From a virus (lineage: Duplodnaviria; Caudoviricetes): DNA of 44,050 nt. The stretch is taken from the IMG/VR virus record IMGVR_UViG_3300043219_000223, positions 1 to 44,050 of that record; one strand, given 5' to 3'. The translations under genes were made by a program, and so were the position numbers. Below are positions 7,276 to 16,525 of this stretch, one piece after another. The notes under the pieces are model-generated. The model was not told the origin of the DNA, made no database searches, and worked only from the letters and a program-made list of their open reading frames with translations. The number at the start of each line of letters is the position of its first letter. Position 1 is the stretch's first letter.

Positions 7276-7462
7276 GATAATAGCAAAATGCCAAGGCTGC
7301 CACCGGGAAGCGGTAGGAATTAAGTTCAGCCAGGCAACAGGCAAACCGCTTGCAGTTTTATGCCATCCGTGCAATGATGATGTTGACAAATTAGCTGAGA
7401 TTCAAAGAAGTAGGGCCCGGAAGCAGAAAGAAACTTGGAAAATAAAGAACATGCAATTTTAA
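7268..7462 (+). CDS. Small Zn-finger protein
   Basis: CQGC...CHPC; AAGGTGG RBS before ATG 7268. Confidence 0.65.
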   Translation: MIKIIAKCQGCHREAVGIKFSQATGKPLAVLCHPCNDDVDKLAEIQRSRARKQKETWKIKNMQF

Positions 7463-7470
7463 ATTACTAT

Positions 7471-7508
7471 AAAAAAAGCCCCCGGCGATTGTCAGGGGCT
7501 TTTCTTTT
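7471..7508. terminator. Bidirectional intrinsic terminator
   Basis: A7-GCCCC..loop..GGGGC-TTTTCTTTT between convergent gene blocks. Confidence 0.85.
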
Positions 7509-7549
7509 ATTACCCTCGGTTAAATCTTTTGAGGTGCGAGAATAGGAAA

Positions 7550-7789
7550 TTAATCAGGCATCTTGCATCCGTTCTTGTTCTGCCATTTCTCTATATCTCT
7601 GGCGAACTCGAAAATTTCGTTTGCCATCGTATGGTTCCCAAACTCCTGTAAATGTCCACCGTAAGCTCTGAGCATCTTCGGCATGAAGATATCCTTTGCT
7701 CTGAGTAAAAACACAGGCTCATCCTCTCCAATCTTACCTGCCGGGTCCTGGATTCTGTCAAACTTTTCATGTAAATGTTTCATAATCAT
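7550..7789 (-). CDS. Conserved-type phage hypothetical protein
   Basis: DEPVFLLRAKD motif; AAGGAG RBS. Confidence 0.75.
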   Translation of the reverse strand: MIMKHLHEKFDRIQDPAGKIGEDEPVFLLRAKDIFMPKMLRAYGGHLQEFGNHTMANEIFEFARDIEKWQNKNGCKMPD

Positions 7790-7794
7790 TCTCC

Positions 7795-8253
7795 TTACTT
7801 GAGGTTAATAATATGGTTCTTCAGTGTTTGAATTTCTATTTCCCAGCGCAGCCCATGGCCATCATCGTAATACTTTCCTGTCCCGGGCAGATATTCAACA
7901 ATCAGACTATCATCACGCCAGAGATGCTTATTCGCACAATCCTCGATGTTCTTTATCAGGTTGGAAAGGTCTGGGGTTGATATGGGCCTGATCTGGCCAG
8001 CCATGGCCTGAGCCCTCTTCTTCTTTGACCAACTTTTAGGAATATGTCGGTATGTCCGTATCCCCACCAGAATAGCCTCGTCAAATAGCGGGCGTTCCAG
8101 GGAAGCGAGTTCCTTATTCAATAGGATCATGAGGTCAACTTCATAATCCCACTGATCAGGATTCTTAAAAGACATTGCCCGGCCTGTTTTCCCTAACCTG
8201 CCGATCCGGTCACGCTTCTGGGCCATGGGTTCAAGCCATATGGTGAGTTTCAT
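7795..8253 (-). CDS. rusA: RusA-family Holliday junction resolvase
   Basis: PKSWSKKK, RP...PDLSNLIK.IED..N..LWRDDSLIV signature. Confidence 0.9.
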   Translation of the reverse strand: MKLTIWLEPMAQKRDRIGRLGKTGRAMSFKNPDQWDYEVDLMILLNKELASLERPLFDEAILVGIRTYRHIPKSWSKKKRAQAMAGQIRPISTPDLSNLIKNIEDCANKHLWRDDSLIVEYLPGTGKYYDDGHGLRWEIEIQTLKNHIINLK

Positions 8254-8606
8254 TCCATCCTCTTCCCGGTAATCAACCCGGCGATCTTCCTAATGTTTTC
8301 CTTTTGCTCAATACTTTTCGGCCTTTCCTGCTCTGCCAGTAGCCTGACATTCTCCTTAGCTTGATTACTTAAGGCCACTGACCGCATTACTTTGATAATT
8401 TCACCTGGTTTAGGAAAGAACTGCCTATCCTCTTCTCTGACTATCTGATTTACGGCTGAAATGAGATCTGGCAGCCGTCTCACAAGGGCGATAATGTTAT
8501 AATATTCATCAAGAGCAGCCAGCCCGGTAACACCCTCGAACCTGCCAGGATGAAAAATAAGTGCCAGCCTTGCCATTTGATCTGCAAAATCTTTTTCTTC
8601 AATCAT
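8250..8606 (-). CDS. Helicase loader/inhibitor-like protein
   Basis: Directly after the initiator with ATGA overlap; FFPKPGEI motif typical of this position. Confidence 0.55.
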   Translation of the reverse strand: MIEEKDFADQMARLALIFHPGRFEGVTGLAALDEYYNIIALVRRLPDLISAVNQIVREEDRQFFPKPGEIIKVMRSVALSNQAKENVRLLAEQERPKSIEQKENIRKIAGLITGKRME

Positions 8607-9427
8607 CCTTCCTCTCCTTTTTTCTTCAACCAAGCGTCCATATTGTCCAGCGTCCCTTTCATAGCTTTATCCTGCTTGCTGTGAGATATACCTTTCCTGT
8701 TCCTGGTTAAATGTGAAACTATTTTATCAAACTTCTTTCTCAGGGATTGAGTTCCTTGAACCTCAAAGGTAATTTCCCCGGTCAGATTATCGCCGTATAG
8801 CCAATTAACCACATATTCGATTTGCTCAACTGATCTTCCATCTCTCCGAATCATCAAGTCAATATGTTTGGCCCAGGATTGGATTGAAGGAGGATTTTTA
8901 ATAAAGCGGTGAGTTGGAAATTCTAAAACAATCTTCTCGAGTAGAAGTCGGCTCAATCGAACCTCGTCAGAGGTTTCGATAAAGGGTTCTTTCTTTAAAG
9001 ATAAAGAAGAAGTAGAAGAGGAAGAAGAAGGGGTTGGTTTTTGGTTGGCCTCTTGCTTAACCTTTTGGTTAACCAAGTTAGGGTTACCACCAAGCTTTCC
9101 AACCTCTCTTCTAATATCCCTAAGTCGCTGATCTTTAACCATTCTCTCGCAATATACCACCCCTTCACTATCAGTTTTTAATACCCCTGATATCAATAGG
9201 GTATTAAACGATTTTATAAAGGTTTTATGATGGAGTCTTAAGACTTTTGCAACGGTCTTATGAGCAGGCTTTAAGCCATTTATAAGCAAGTAACCATATT
9301 TTTCTGATTGGTGCATAAGACACATAAGGTCAATCATTAACCCTTTTGCTGCCAGATCACAGGAGGCCAGTTTAATATCATTCAGCCAATCAGCCGGATA
9401 AAATTGGAAGGCAGGAAGGTTGGTCAT
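8603..9427 (-). CDS. Phage replication initiator (YdaU/DUF1376-like N-terminus, lambda O-like C-terminus)
   Basis: PAFQFYPADWL, GKLGGNP, Ser-rich linker, WAKHIDLMIRRDGR...LRKKFDKI. Confidence 0.8.
   Translation of the reverse strand: MTNLPAFQFYPADWLNDIKLASCDLAAKGLMIDLMCLMHQSEKYGYLLINGLKPAHKTVAKVLRLHHKTFIKSFNTLLISGVLKTDSEGVVYCERMVKDQRLRDIRREVGKLGGNPNLVNQKVKQEANQKPTPSSSSSTSSLSLKKEPFIETSDEVRLSRLLLEKIVLEFPTHRFIKNPPSIQSWAKHIDLMIRRDGRSVEQIEYVVNWLYGDNLTGEITFEVQGTQSLRKKFDKIVSHLTRNRKGISHSKQDKAMKGTLDNMDAWLKKKGEEG
9004..9074. repeat. Probable origin iterons inside the initiator gene
   Basis: Three 12-bp tandem units ttttggttggcc/tcttgcttaacc/ttttggttaacc (9039-9074) next to a purine tract (9004-9030). 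Confidence 0.55.
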
Positions 9428-9436
9428 TCCAACACC

Positions 9437-9679
9437 TTACAGTTTTTTAAGTTCTTTAATTTTATCAGGAACGGCCACAGCAATGTAGGCCCTAATCTTA
9501 TCCGAGACGCTGGTTGCTGGCTCTACCCCGTCTTTCTCATAACCCCTGAGAGATTGAGGTGTTATTACCCGGCCTTGCTTAGTGTGGTTGTTGATTGCAT
9601 TTGCGAACTGTTTCCTGGACATACCAAGGGCTTCCCTGGCTTCCGATATTTCTTTTGAAATTGTCTTTTTCATTTTCAC
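9437..9679 (-). CDS. Cro/XRE-family HTH regulator
   Basis: AREALGMSRKQFA...ITPQSLRGYEKDGVEP pattern; first gene after the leftward promoter. Confidence 0.85.
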   Translation of the reverse strand: MKMKKTISKEISEAREALGMSRKQFANAINNHTKQGRVITPQSLRGYEKDGVEPATSVSDKIRAYIAVAVPDKIKELKKL

Positions 9680-9696
9680 TCCTTTGGTTATTTAAG

Positions 9697-9725
9697 ACCA
9701 TAAAGCAAAATCCATGACTTGTCAA
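9697..9725 (-). promoter_or_regulatory. Leftward sigma70-type promoter
   Basis: TTGACA-17 bp-TATGGT. Confidence 0.7.
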
Positions 9726-9761
9726 TATATTTCTTTAATTTAAAATATCTTTTCTTTTTTC

Positions 9762-9790
9762 TTGACATTTATAAAAGCAGGGTGTATCTT
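9762..9790 (+). promoter_or_regulatory. Rightward sigma70-type promoter
   Basis: TTGACA-17 bp-TATCTT with an AT-rich upstream tract. Confidence 0.7.
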
Positions 9791-9921
9791 CTTCACAAGA
9801 GACAAAAGAGTAAGAGGAGGTCAAGTGGGTGGCTGAGGAATAGGTGGTGAGGTTAGTGATGTCTCAACTCAATAATGGGAGACACGATTTCTGGCCACCC
9901 ACATTCAAAAAGGAGAAACAG

Positions 9922-10116
9922 ATGGCAACCAGGCTCGAGGAAATAAAGCACCACTTCAAACTCATGGTCCGGGATGAGCTCAAGGAAGGCTGGGAGCAGA
10001 AGTTTATCGAGGACATTGAGGACTATTTTGCCAGGAATGGCACCCTTTCGGATAAGCAGTTTGAAAAACTCAAGGAAATCAGCAGGCGGACGACCGACAG
10101 GGAGCAGGGATTGTAA
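9922..10116 (+). CDS. Hypothetical protein (start revised)
   Basis: AAGGAG RBS; WEQKFIEDI...LSDKQ...L..I motif. Confidence 0.75.
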   Translation: MATRLEEIKHHFKLMVRDELKEGWEQKFIEDIEDYFARNGTLSDKQFEKLKEISRRTTDREQGL

Positions 10117-10568
10117 TGAAAATATATGTTGCGAGTTCATGGAGAAACGAAATTCAACAATCAGTGGTCCAGATACTCCGCATGGCTGGTTATGAGGTTT
10201 ATGATTTTAAAAACCCAAGAGATGGGGATAATGGGTTCCATTGGTCCGAGTTAGATTCGGATTGGGCAATGTGGACCACCGAAGAATATCGAGATTATCT
10301 CGATCACCCTATAGCTGAGGCGGGATTTAAGTCAGACATGGATGCCATGAAATGGGCTGATGTATTTGTTGGTGTCCAGCCATTCGGCAGATCAGCATCC
10401 CTTGAAATGGGCTGGGCAGCCGGAAATGGGAAGAAGACAATCCTCCTCCTTGATGATGGAGAGCCTGAACTTATGGTTAAAATGCTCGATCATATTTGTT
10501 GTGATCCTGCCGAGATGTTGGCAGTACTGGAAAATTTAAAGGAAAGGAGAAGAAATGAACGAGAATAA
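10116..10568 (+). CDS. Nucleoside 2-deoxyribosyltransferase-like (Rossmannoid) protein
   Basis: KIYVASSW, GYEVYDF, D..A...AD, GRSA.LEMGWA.G.GK. Confidence 0.75.
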   Translation: MKIYVASSWRNEIQQSVVQILRMAGYEVYDFKNPRDGDNGFHWSELDSDWAMWTTEEYRDYLDHPIAEAGFKSDMDAMKWADVFVGVQPFGRSASLEMGWAAGNGKKTILLLDDGEPELMVKMLDHICCDPAEMLAVLENLKERRRNERE

Positions 10569-11817
10569 ACAGGAAATAATCGAACAAGAAGAGGTGATCG
10601 TTTACGAGATCACCACTGAGACCGGGGAAGTGCTGTCCTATAATAAGATCATGGCAGCTATTGATATTCTGGACAAGGAAACTGAAGACCTTACAATTAT
10701 CGAGGACGATAATAAGTCTTATGACTTCGCCAAAAGCAAACGGCTGGTTTATAAAAAGCTCCGCACCACTGTGGAGAACCGCCGTAAGGATCTGAACAAG
10801 GACGCTCAGAAAATAATATCTGCCAGAAATGCTGCCGCCAGTAAGATCAAGGACAAAATAGAGCCGGGGGAGTCTCGTTTAAAGGCTCTTGAGGTCGCTG
10901 AGGACAACAGGAGAGCAAAGAAAGAGCAGGCCCGGGTAGACACCATCCATAACCGGGTTAAATTGATCCAGGCGGCTACCCAGGGCGTTGCGTCCATGAG
11001 ATCAGAGCGCATAACAGAACTGATTCAGGGTGTCCGGGATGTGGAAATCACCGAGGCCGACTATCAGGAGATGATGCCGCAGGCTGAATCTGCTAAGATT
11101 ATTGCCCTGGAAGAACTCGGGAAAGCTCTTGCTGATGCCCTGTCGAGGGAAGCTGTTGAAATAAAGCGCGTGGCAGAGGAAAAGGCTCTCAAGGAAAAGA
11201 ATGAGGCCCTGGAAAAGAAATTGAAAGAAGAACGGCTGGCCCGGGAAGTCCAAGAGAAAGAACTGGCTGAAAAGGACGCTGCCCTGAAAGCTGAACAGGA
11301 CAAGAAAGACGAGAAAGCGGCTACTGAAAAGGCCGAGCTTGAGGCCAAGGTTAAGGCCATGGAAGATGAAAAGGCTGAGAATGAACGGAAGGCCGAAGAA
11401 GAACGTCTGGCCAGATTAGCTAAGGCTGAGAATGAAATTGAAGACGAACTTAATGAGATAGCGGCTGACATTATCGTAGACGGCCTGAATGAAATGGAAG
11501 ACCCTGAACCAGAGCCTCAGAAAGAGTTTGGGGCAACTACCCTTGAGCAGATGGATGAAATGAACGGCATTTCTATGCCGGAGACCCCGAAAGAAAAAAT
11601 GGTCTTCCCGGACTTCACAGAAGAACTACGGTTTCTGGTGGATGAGTCTGAAAAAGCTTCTGAATTTACCACCGACCAGGAAGAACGGGAATTTTTTGAG
11701 TTCGTGCATGAGGCCATGGCCACCGCCTTGACAGAGATTGAACTGTTCCAGCCTGAACCAGAGGAAGAGGATATGCACAAAGAGGACATGAGGAACGCTG
11801 GGCCAGGGAGGATATAA
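10555..11817 (+). CDS. Long coiled-coil protein
   Basis: E/K/A-rich heptads; R..VE..RK.L...A pattern; upstream of recombination genes. Confidence 0.75.
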   Translation: MNENKQEIIEQEEVIVYEITTETGEVLSYNKIMAAIDILDKETEDLTIIEDDNKSYDFAKSKRLVYKKLRTTVENRRKDLNKDAQKIISARNAAASKIKDKIEPGESRLKALEVAEDNRRAKKEQARVDTIHNRVKLIQAATQGVASMRSERITELIQGVRDVEITEADYQEMMPQAESAKIIALEELGKALADALSREAVEIKRVAEEKALKEKNEALEKKLKEERLAREVQEKELAEKDAALKAEQDKKDEKAATEKAELEAKVKAMEDEKAENERKAEEERLARLAKAENEIEDELNEIAADIIVDGLNEMEDPEPEPQKEFGATTLEQMDEMNGISMPETPKEKMVFPDFTEELRFLVDESEKASEFTTDQEEREFFEFVHEAMATALTEIELFQPEPEEEDMHKEDMRNAGPGRI

Positions 11818-11822
11818 AGGTA

Positions 11823-12221
11823 ATGGAATGCGCATGTGAAGTTTCAATGGACATAGATTCTTGTCATGATGATTTCCACAACAGGGCAGAGCGTAAAGCC
11901 ATCAAAGAACATAAATGTGGGGAATGTGGGAAGATTATTGTTAAGAGAGAGAAATATCAATACATGACAGGCAAAAGTGGTGGATATATGTACACCCATA
12001 AAATGTGCAATGACTGCCATAGTATTCTGAAATATTTTTACAACGGCGGGTTTTTCTTTGAACAACTTTGGGATGATCTTTTTGAGTTTATACGCGAAAG
12101 TGATTACACGACAAATGAAAAATGCTTGGCTCAGATCACCCCTGTTGCCAGAGAAAAAATATGCGACTATATCCAAGAGAATTGGGATGATCCTGATATG
12201 TGGGATAATGAGGATGATTAA
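11823..12221 (+). CDS. Zn-finger phage protein
   Basis: RKA.KEHKCGECG..I..G/REKY...MCNDC. Confidence 0.75.
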   Translation: MECACEVSMDIDSCHDDFHNRAERKAIKEHKCGECGKIIVKREKYQYMTGKSGGYMYTHKMCNDCHSILKYFYNGGFFFEQLWDDLFEFIRESDYTTNEKCLAQITPVAREKICDYIQENWDDPDMWDNEDD

Positions 12222-12222
12222 A

Positions 12223-13038
12223 ATGACCACCTGGCAACAAATGCCCCTCCAGGACTACCTGGGCAAGAAAGGCATAAGCTCACACGGGTTCAAACTCCTG
12301 GATCAGTCCGGGGCTGCCTACCATGGCCGGGACCAGAACACAACGCAGTCTAAGACTCAGATTTACGGATCAGCCGCCCACAAGAAGATTCTGGAACCGG
12401 CAAGCTTTTCTCAGGACTTCCGGTATCTCCCGGCCTCAGTTGCCAGAATGACCCAGACCTTGGAGGATGAGGAGAAAAAGGGGGGCTTTACCTACCTAAA
12501 ATATGCCGAAGGTATGGAGTTAGAGAAGTGGTCGAAAGCAGTTTACGAGAATGAGGATGCAAGAAACATGCTGACACATCCTGACATTCAGGTCGAGGTG
12601 TCCGGGTTCTGGAATGATCCTATCTGGGGCATACTTAAGAAGTGCCGGCCTGACTTCATTATTCCCTGCCTGGGAATCATGGGCGACCTGAAAACCATGA
12701 CTATGAAGGGCAAGGAGCTTCGGGACGTAGCAGAGGTTTTCGCCAAGGATGTTTGGAAATATAAATATCATTGGCAGGCAGCACACAATCTAAGTTCCGG
12801 AGAGTTCATTGACGGCGTAACATATGACTCATTTGTCTGGATAGTTATAGTCAAGGAAAAGCCTTATGAGGTTGATGTGATTGAACCGAATGCAGCCATG
12901 ATATATAACGGCCAGGAGAAGGTGAGAAAGCTGACCGAGTTCTATGCCGAGTGTGAGCACACCGGGATCTGGCCCAAGCGGACGAAACCAGGGCTGAAAA
13001 CAATCAGCCTGCCAGAGTATGCGTTAAACGAGGAGTAA
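12223..13038 (+). CDS. PD-(D/E)XK exonuclease, RecE/ExoVIII-like (DUF3799-type)
   Basis: ISS..K, GSAAH..ILEP, E.S.FW, KCRPD, DLKT, Y..QAA; start revised from 12058. Confidence 0.85.
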   Translation: MTTWQQMPLQDYLGKKGISSHGFKLLDQSGAAYHGRDQNTTQSKTQIYGSAAHKKILEPASFSQDFRYLPASVARMTQTLEDEEKKGGFTYLKYAEGMELEKWSKAVYENEDARNMLTHPDIQVEVSGFWNDPIWGILKKCRPDFIIPCLGIMGDLKTMTMKGKELRDVAEVFAKDVWKYKYHWQAAHNLSSGEFIDGVTYDSFVWIVIVKEKPYEVDVIEPNAAMIYNGQEKVRKLTEFYAECEHTGIWPKRTKPGLKTISLPEYALNEE

Positions 13039-13075
13039 TAATGTCTGATAATTTACCAGAAAAAAAGGAGAAGTA

Positions 13076-13393
13076 ATGGAAGTTTTAATGGTTAGGCCGT
13101 ACATCGGCAATCGCAACGAGGTCGTTAGTGACCAGCACGAAATGATAGTTAAGATTAACGCCACTGAATTTGCCCAAATGTGTGGGCTTCCGGGCGGTAG
13201 AGAGTCAATTTCCAAGCTTTTCCAAGGGAAAGAAACAACATTTAATGTTGGGGAAGTGTACAAAGAAGCCCGTGAAATAGTGGACGCACTCCCCGCTATG
13301 ATGACCGCCATTAGAACCATTAACAGTGGGGCCGGTAAACTTGAAAAAGTCCTGACCGCCAAAAAGGAGGACGAAACAGATGCCAAAAGCTAA
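13076..13393 (+). CDS. Hypothetical protein
   Basis: AAGGAG RBS; co-oriented. Confidence 0.7.
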   Translation: MEVLMVRPYIGNRNEVVSDQHEMIVKINATEFAQMCGLPGGRESISKLFQGKETTFNVGEVYKEAREIVDALPAMMTAIRTINSGAGKLEKVLTAKKEDETDAKS

Positions 13394-14516
13394 GGATAAA
13401 AATAAAGAAATTGAAAAGAAAGAGCAGGTTGAGACCTTACTAGAAGAGAAAAAAGCTGCTGCACCATTGCCAGTGGTAGATAACGGAGAGTTCTCAAACT
13501 GGCTGGATACCGCCAAGTTCGGGCAATTATACAGAGTGGCCAATGTGTTTGCTGATTCCGGTGAAATGGTTCCTGAGCATTTCCGAGGTAACCACGCGGC
13601 CTGCATGATTGCCGTTCAAATGGCTTTTCGTCTGAAGGTTGACCCTCTGATGTTCCTGCAAAAATCATATATAGTCAAGGGTAAACCGGGCATAGAGGCT
13701 ACATTGGCAATATCACTGGCCAACACTCACGGGCCGTTTGAGGGAAGCATTAAATACAGGATAGAGGGTACTCCTGGCATGACCGACTCATCATGCACCG
13801 CATGGGCCATCATGAAAGATTCTGGCGAGGTCTGTGAAATGCCTTTTACTTGGGAAGATGCTGTTTCCCCTGGATGGGCCAGCAAGGATAACTGGAAGAA
13901 AACCCCTAGGCTGATGATGATGTACAGATCAGCAATGTGGCTTATAAGAACCCATTGCCCAGAAGTAATCCTCGGCCTTCACAGTAATGATGAGCTTTCC
14001 GACAGTGATAACATTATAGATGCCAGCGAGGTAAATATCACCTCTGCCACTAAGAAGCTTGAGAGCATACGGGAAGAGAAGGAAGCCGGGGAAGCTGAGG
14101 TCTTAGAGGCCGATCCTGTCACATCTGACGAGAAACAGCCCGAAGAAGAACCTAAGCAGGAGTCTAAGGCTTCAGAAGAACCCGACCAGGACCCGGGCCC
14201 GGACCAAGACGAAGAACAGACCAGCCTTTTAGATCAGGGCCAGGATCAGGAGAAGGTGGAACCGAAACCCATTGATCCGCTCACAGTCACCTGGAAACTC
14301 GGGGCTGGAAAATCAGAGGCCTTTCTTTCTGCAATAATTGCGATTGGCTGGAACACCGCTCATGTTGAGCAGAGGATAAAGATCACCGGTGCAGACCTAG
14401 GCAAAAAGAGTCAGGCAGAATTTGACACCTGGATCATAAACTGGGGAAAGGCTATGGACTCAGACGAAGACCGGGCAGCATTCCTGGCTATGTGCGGGTG
14501 TGTACCACCAAAATAA
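13380..14516 (+). CDS. RecT/Beta-like single-strand annealing protein
   Basis: VP.HFRGN...C.IA, YIVKGKP, W...PRLMMMYRSA....R..CPEVILGL...DEL; downstream of exonuclease. Confidence 0.8.
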   Translation: MPKAKDKNKEIEKKEQVETLLEEKKAAAPLPVVDNGEFSNWLDTAKFGQLYRVANVFADSGEMVPEHFRGNHAACMIAVQMAFRLKVDPLMFLQKSYIVKGKPGIEATLAISLANTHGPFEGSIKYRIEGTPGMTDSSCTAWAIMKDSGEVCEMPFTWEDAVSPGWASKDNWKKTPRLMMMYRSAMWLIRTHCPEVILGLHSNDELSDSDNIIDASEVNITSATKKLESIREEKEAGEAEVLEADPVTSDEKQPEEEPKQESKASEEPDQDPGPDQDEEQTSLLDQGQDQEKVEPKPIDPLTVTWKLGAGKSEAFLSAIIAIGWNTAHVEQRIKITGADLGKKSQAEFDTWIINWGKAMDSDEDRAAFLAMCGCVPPK

Positions 14517-14604
14517 ACCCCTTCCCAGGCAGCCACGGCAAAATCTTGCGCCTTAAACCTACCGACCTGACAGCGTGGCTTGTCGGGGTTAGTCCCAGGA
14601 GGGG

Positions 14605-14793
14605 ATGATGGAAGAAAAATATAATATTTGTAATGTCGGCCAAGGTCTTTCCTCTGTAGAATTACAAAAATACTTGGATTGGATGGACAGCAAAGGCTAT
14701 GATTTTATATGCTCTGTCCCATCAAAAGAATCTATGAATGTCAGTGATCCCACAAACAATCTTGTTTTCAAAGTTAAGGAGAACTCAAAATGA
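14605..14793 (+). CDS. Small DUF4177-like protein
   Basis: L..MDSKGYDFI...LVFK pattern; AGGAGG RBS. Confidence 0.55.
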   Translation: MMEEKYNICNVGQGLSSVELQKYLDWMDSKGYDFICSVPSKESMNVSDPTNNLVFKVKENSK

Positions 14794-15209
14794 CCGAAAC
14801 CACACTGGACGCTGCGATAAAACTTATCCTGGAGGCTGGGGGTTGGGAGGTTAGTACCATTAATTCTGCCTGTGGATGCCCACCTAAAAAAATACGCAAA
14901 AAGATAGAATCAACCAAATGTGGTAAGTGCAGAAAAAAACAAGACGATCAGTGTTTTTGGGCCACCAGAAACCCCGACCTCCGCAACTCAACGGATGCTA
15001 TTTTTGAGATTTGGGATATTCTATTTGAAGGCCAAAGACATTGGGTTGCGTTTTACCCACCTGGAGTCACGGTTGGATTTTATCCTCACCAAGACAATAA
15101 TTCTCATAAAGCTTTGTTAAACATTGAAACAAAACATGCCCTCGGAGAAGGCAAAACCCACCAAGAAGCAGCGATCAGGGCAACCGAAGCATATTTGAGG
15201 GGGAAGTGA
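14790..15209 (+). CDS. Hypothetical Cys-containing protein
   Basis: ATGA overlap, AAGGAG RBS; C-terminal G.T..EAA.RA pattern. Confidence 0.7.
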   Translation: MTETTLDAAIKLILEAGGWEVSTINSACGCPPKKIRKKIESTKCGKCRKKQDDQCFWATRNPDLRNSTDAIFEIWDILFEGQRHWVAFYPPGVTVGFYPHQDNNSHKALLNIETKHALGEGKTHQEAAIRATEAYLRGK

Positions 15210-15210
15210 G

Positions 15211-15303
15211 ATGAAAACCCACAAAAGACCGCGCCTTAGATTTTGCTGGGAGTGTGAACAGAAGTTCTGGGGCAGACACCATGAGATTAGAGAGGAGAAA
15301 TGA
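15211..15303 (+). CDS. 30-aa CxxC peptide, possibly truncated
   Basis: MKTHKRPRLRFCWECEQKFWGRHHEIREEK; GAGGGG RBS. Confidence 0.45.
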   Translation: MKTHKRPRLRFCWECEQKFWGRHHEIREEK

Positions 15304-15308
15304 GGATT

Positions 15309-15479
15309 ATGGCTACTTTTGAGTATAAGGAAATATTAAGACGTGAGATAGATATAGCCGGGATGAATAAGTTAGGAAACAGCAGGTGGGAATTGGTATC
15401 GGTCACTCTCGGTTATTATTATTTCAAAAGGAGAAATATCACCTCTCGCCCAAGCTCAGTATTAAGGAGGATAAAATGA
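15309..15479 (+). CDS. 56-aa DUF4177-like protein (not in ORF track)
   Basis: FEYK...MNKLG..RWELVSV...YYFKR. Confidence 0.7.
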   Translation: MATFEYKEILRREIDIAGMNKLGNSRWELVSVTLGYYYFKRRNITSRPSSVLRRIK

Positions 15480-15637
15480 GTCATCATTACCCAAAGGGTT
15501 ATCGCCCACAAAGTGTAGGGGAGAAAGAGTTGGCTGATCGTATGTCAACCAAGCAAATTGAAAAAGCTATTAAAGGTAAAGAGGATTTAGAAAAAAATGA
15601 TCCAGAAGCGTATGCCAGAAAGTACCACGGAAGCTAA
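15476..15637 (+). CDS. Hypothetical 53-aa protein (start revised)
   Basis: AAGGAGG RBS and ATGA overlap. Confidence 0.65.
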   Translation: MSHHYPKGYRPQSVGEKELADRMSTKQIEKAIKGKEDLEKNDPEAYARKYHGS

Positions 15638-15709
15638 TCAAGTTTGACGGACATGACCGGGAAGTCCACCATGTCTGTGCTAAACTGATTAGGAAGGAGG
15701 AGAAAGAAG

Positions 15710-16159
15710 ATGAGTAGTCTAACAGGGAATAACGAACCTATCAAAATCGTTGATTCACCAGAGTCAGAAAAGGATTACCCTCTTTATCAGATATCAACAG
15801 TAAAAGATCATCATTATACCTTGAAAGGGCTTAGGGAACTCCAAGCCGCTATCTCTGAGGCTCTGGGTGAGGGGTGGATCTCGGTTGATGATCGGTTGCC
15901 GGAGATGATAAAAAATAAAGGGGAAAGACCACTACATCATTCTTGGCCTGTATTATGGATTAATTCTAAAGATGAATACCCTCTATGGAGCCAATTCACA
16001 GGGAGCATCCATAATGATGGGCGTATAGGTCAGGGAGAATTTGATTTTATGCCTGGAGAGGAAACCTACCCAACCCACTGGCAACCTCTCCCAACCCCAC
16101 CAGAACCCCTTGAGCCTGTTTGTAAGAAGTGTAAAGAAGTGGAATTAGGGTTGCCATGA
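15710..16159 (+). CDS. DUF551-like protein
   Basis: WISVDDRLPE ... THWQPLPTPP. Confidence 0.8.
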   Translation: MSSLTGNNEPIKIVDSPESEKDYPLYQISTVKDHHYTLKGLRELQAAISEALGEGWISVDDRLPEMIKNKGERPLHHSWPVLWINSKDEYPLWSQFTGSIHNDGRIGQGEFDFMPGEETYPTHWQPLPTPPEPLEPVCKKCKEVELGLP

Positions 16160-16270
16160 AAAGCCCTGAGATGGATGACACTGGTTTTGAATTTCAGGAG
16201 TACCCCTGCGACTGCCAGGATAAATAACCTTTAACTGGCGGTTCAATCGCCATACCGGGAGGGTGAGAAG

Positions 16271-16468
16271 ATGAAACCAGATAAAGAAGGTTGGTGGTGG
16301 TACAATGCGTATCCCCATATTCCAGATTACGACCCAGTGCCTGTGTGGGTTTACAGGTCTGGTCGGGGATTCAGTTACGTACGTGGGATTTGCGGAGGTG
16401 GCCCTGTAAGTAAAGCTCCTGGAATGTGGAAAGGATTGGTCGTGAAGTGGAAAGGGGGCAGAGTTTAA
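16271..16468 (+). CDS. Hypothetical protein
   Basis: KP..EGWWWY motif; GGAGG RBS. Confidence 0.65.
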   Translation: MKPDKEGWWWYNAYPHIPDYDPVPVWVYRSGRGFSYVRGICGGGPVSKAPGMWKGLVVKWKGGRV

Positions 16469-16469
16469 C

Positions 16470-16499
16470 TTGACAAAATAAGGGAGGTGAAGGTATGAT
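16470..16499 (+). promoter_or_regulatory. sigma70-type promoter with no downstream ORF
   Basis: TTGACA-18 bp-TATGAT, followed about 25 nt later by a terminator hairpin. Confidence 0.6.
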
Positions 16500-16525
16500 A
16501 TGAGGGTGTAAATGTTTCCCAACAG

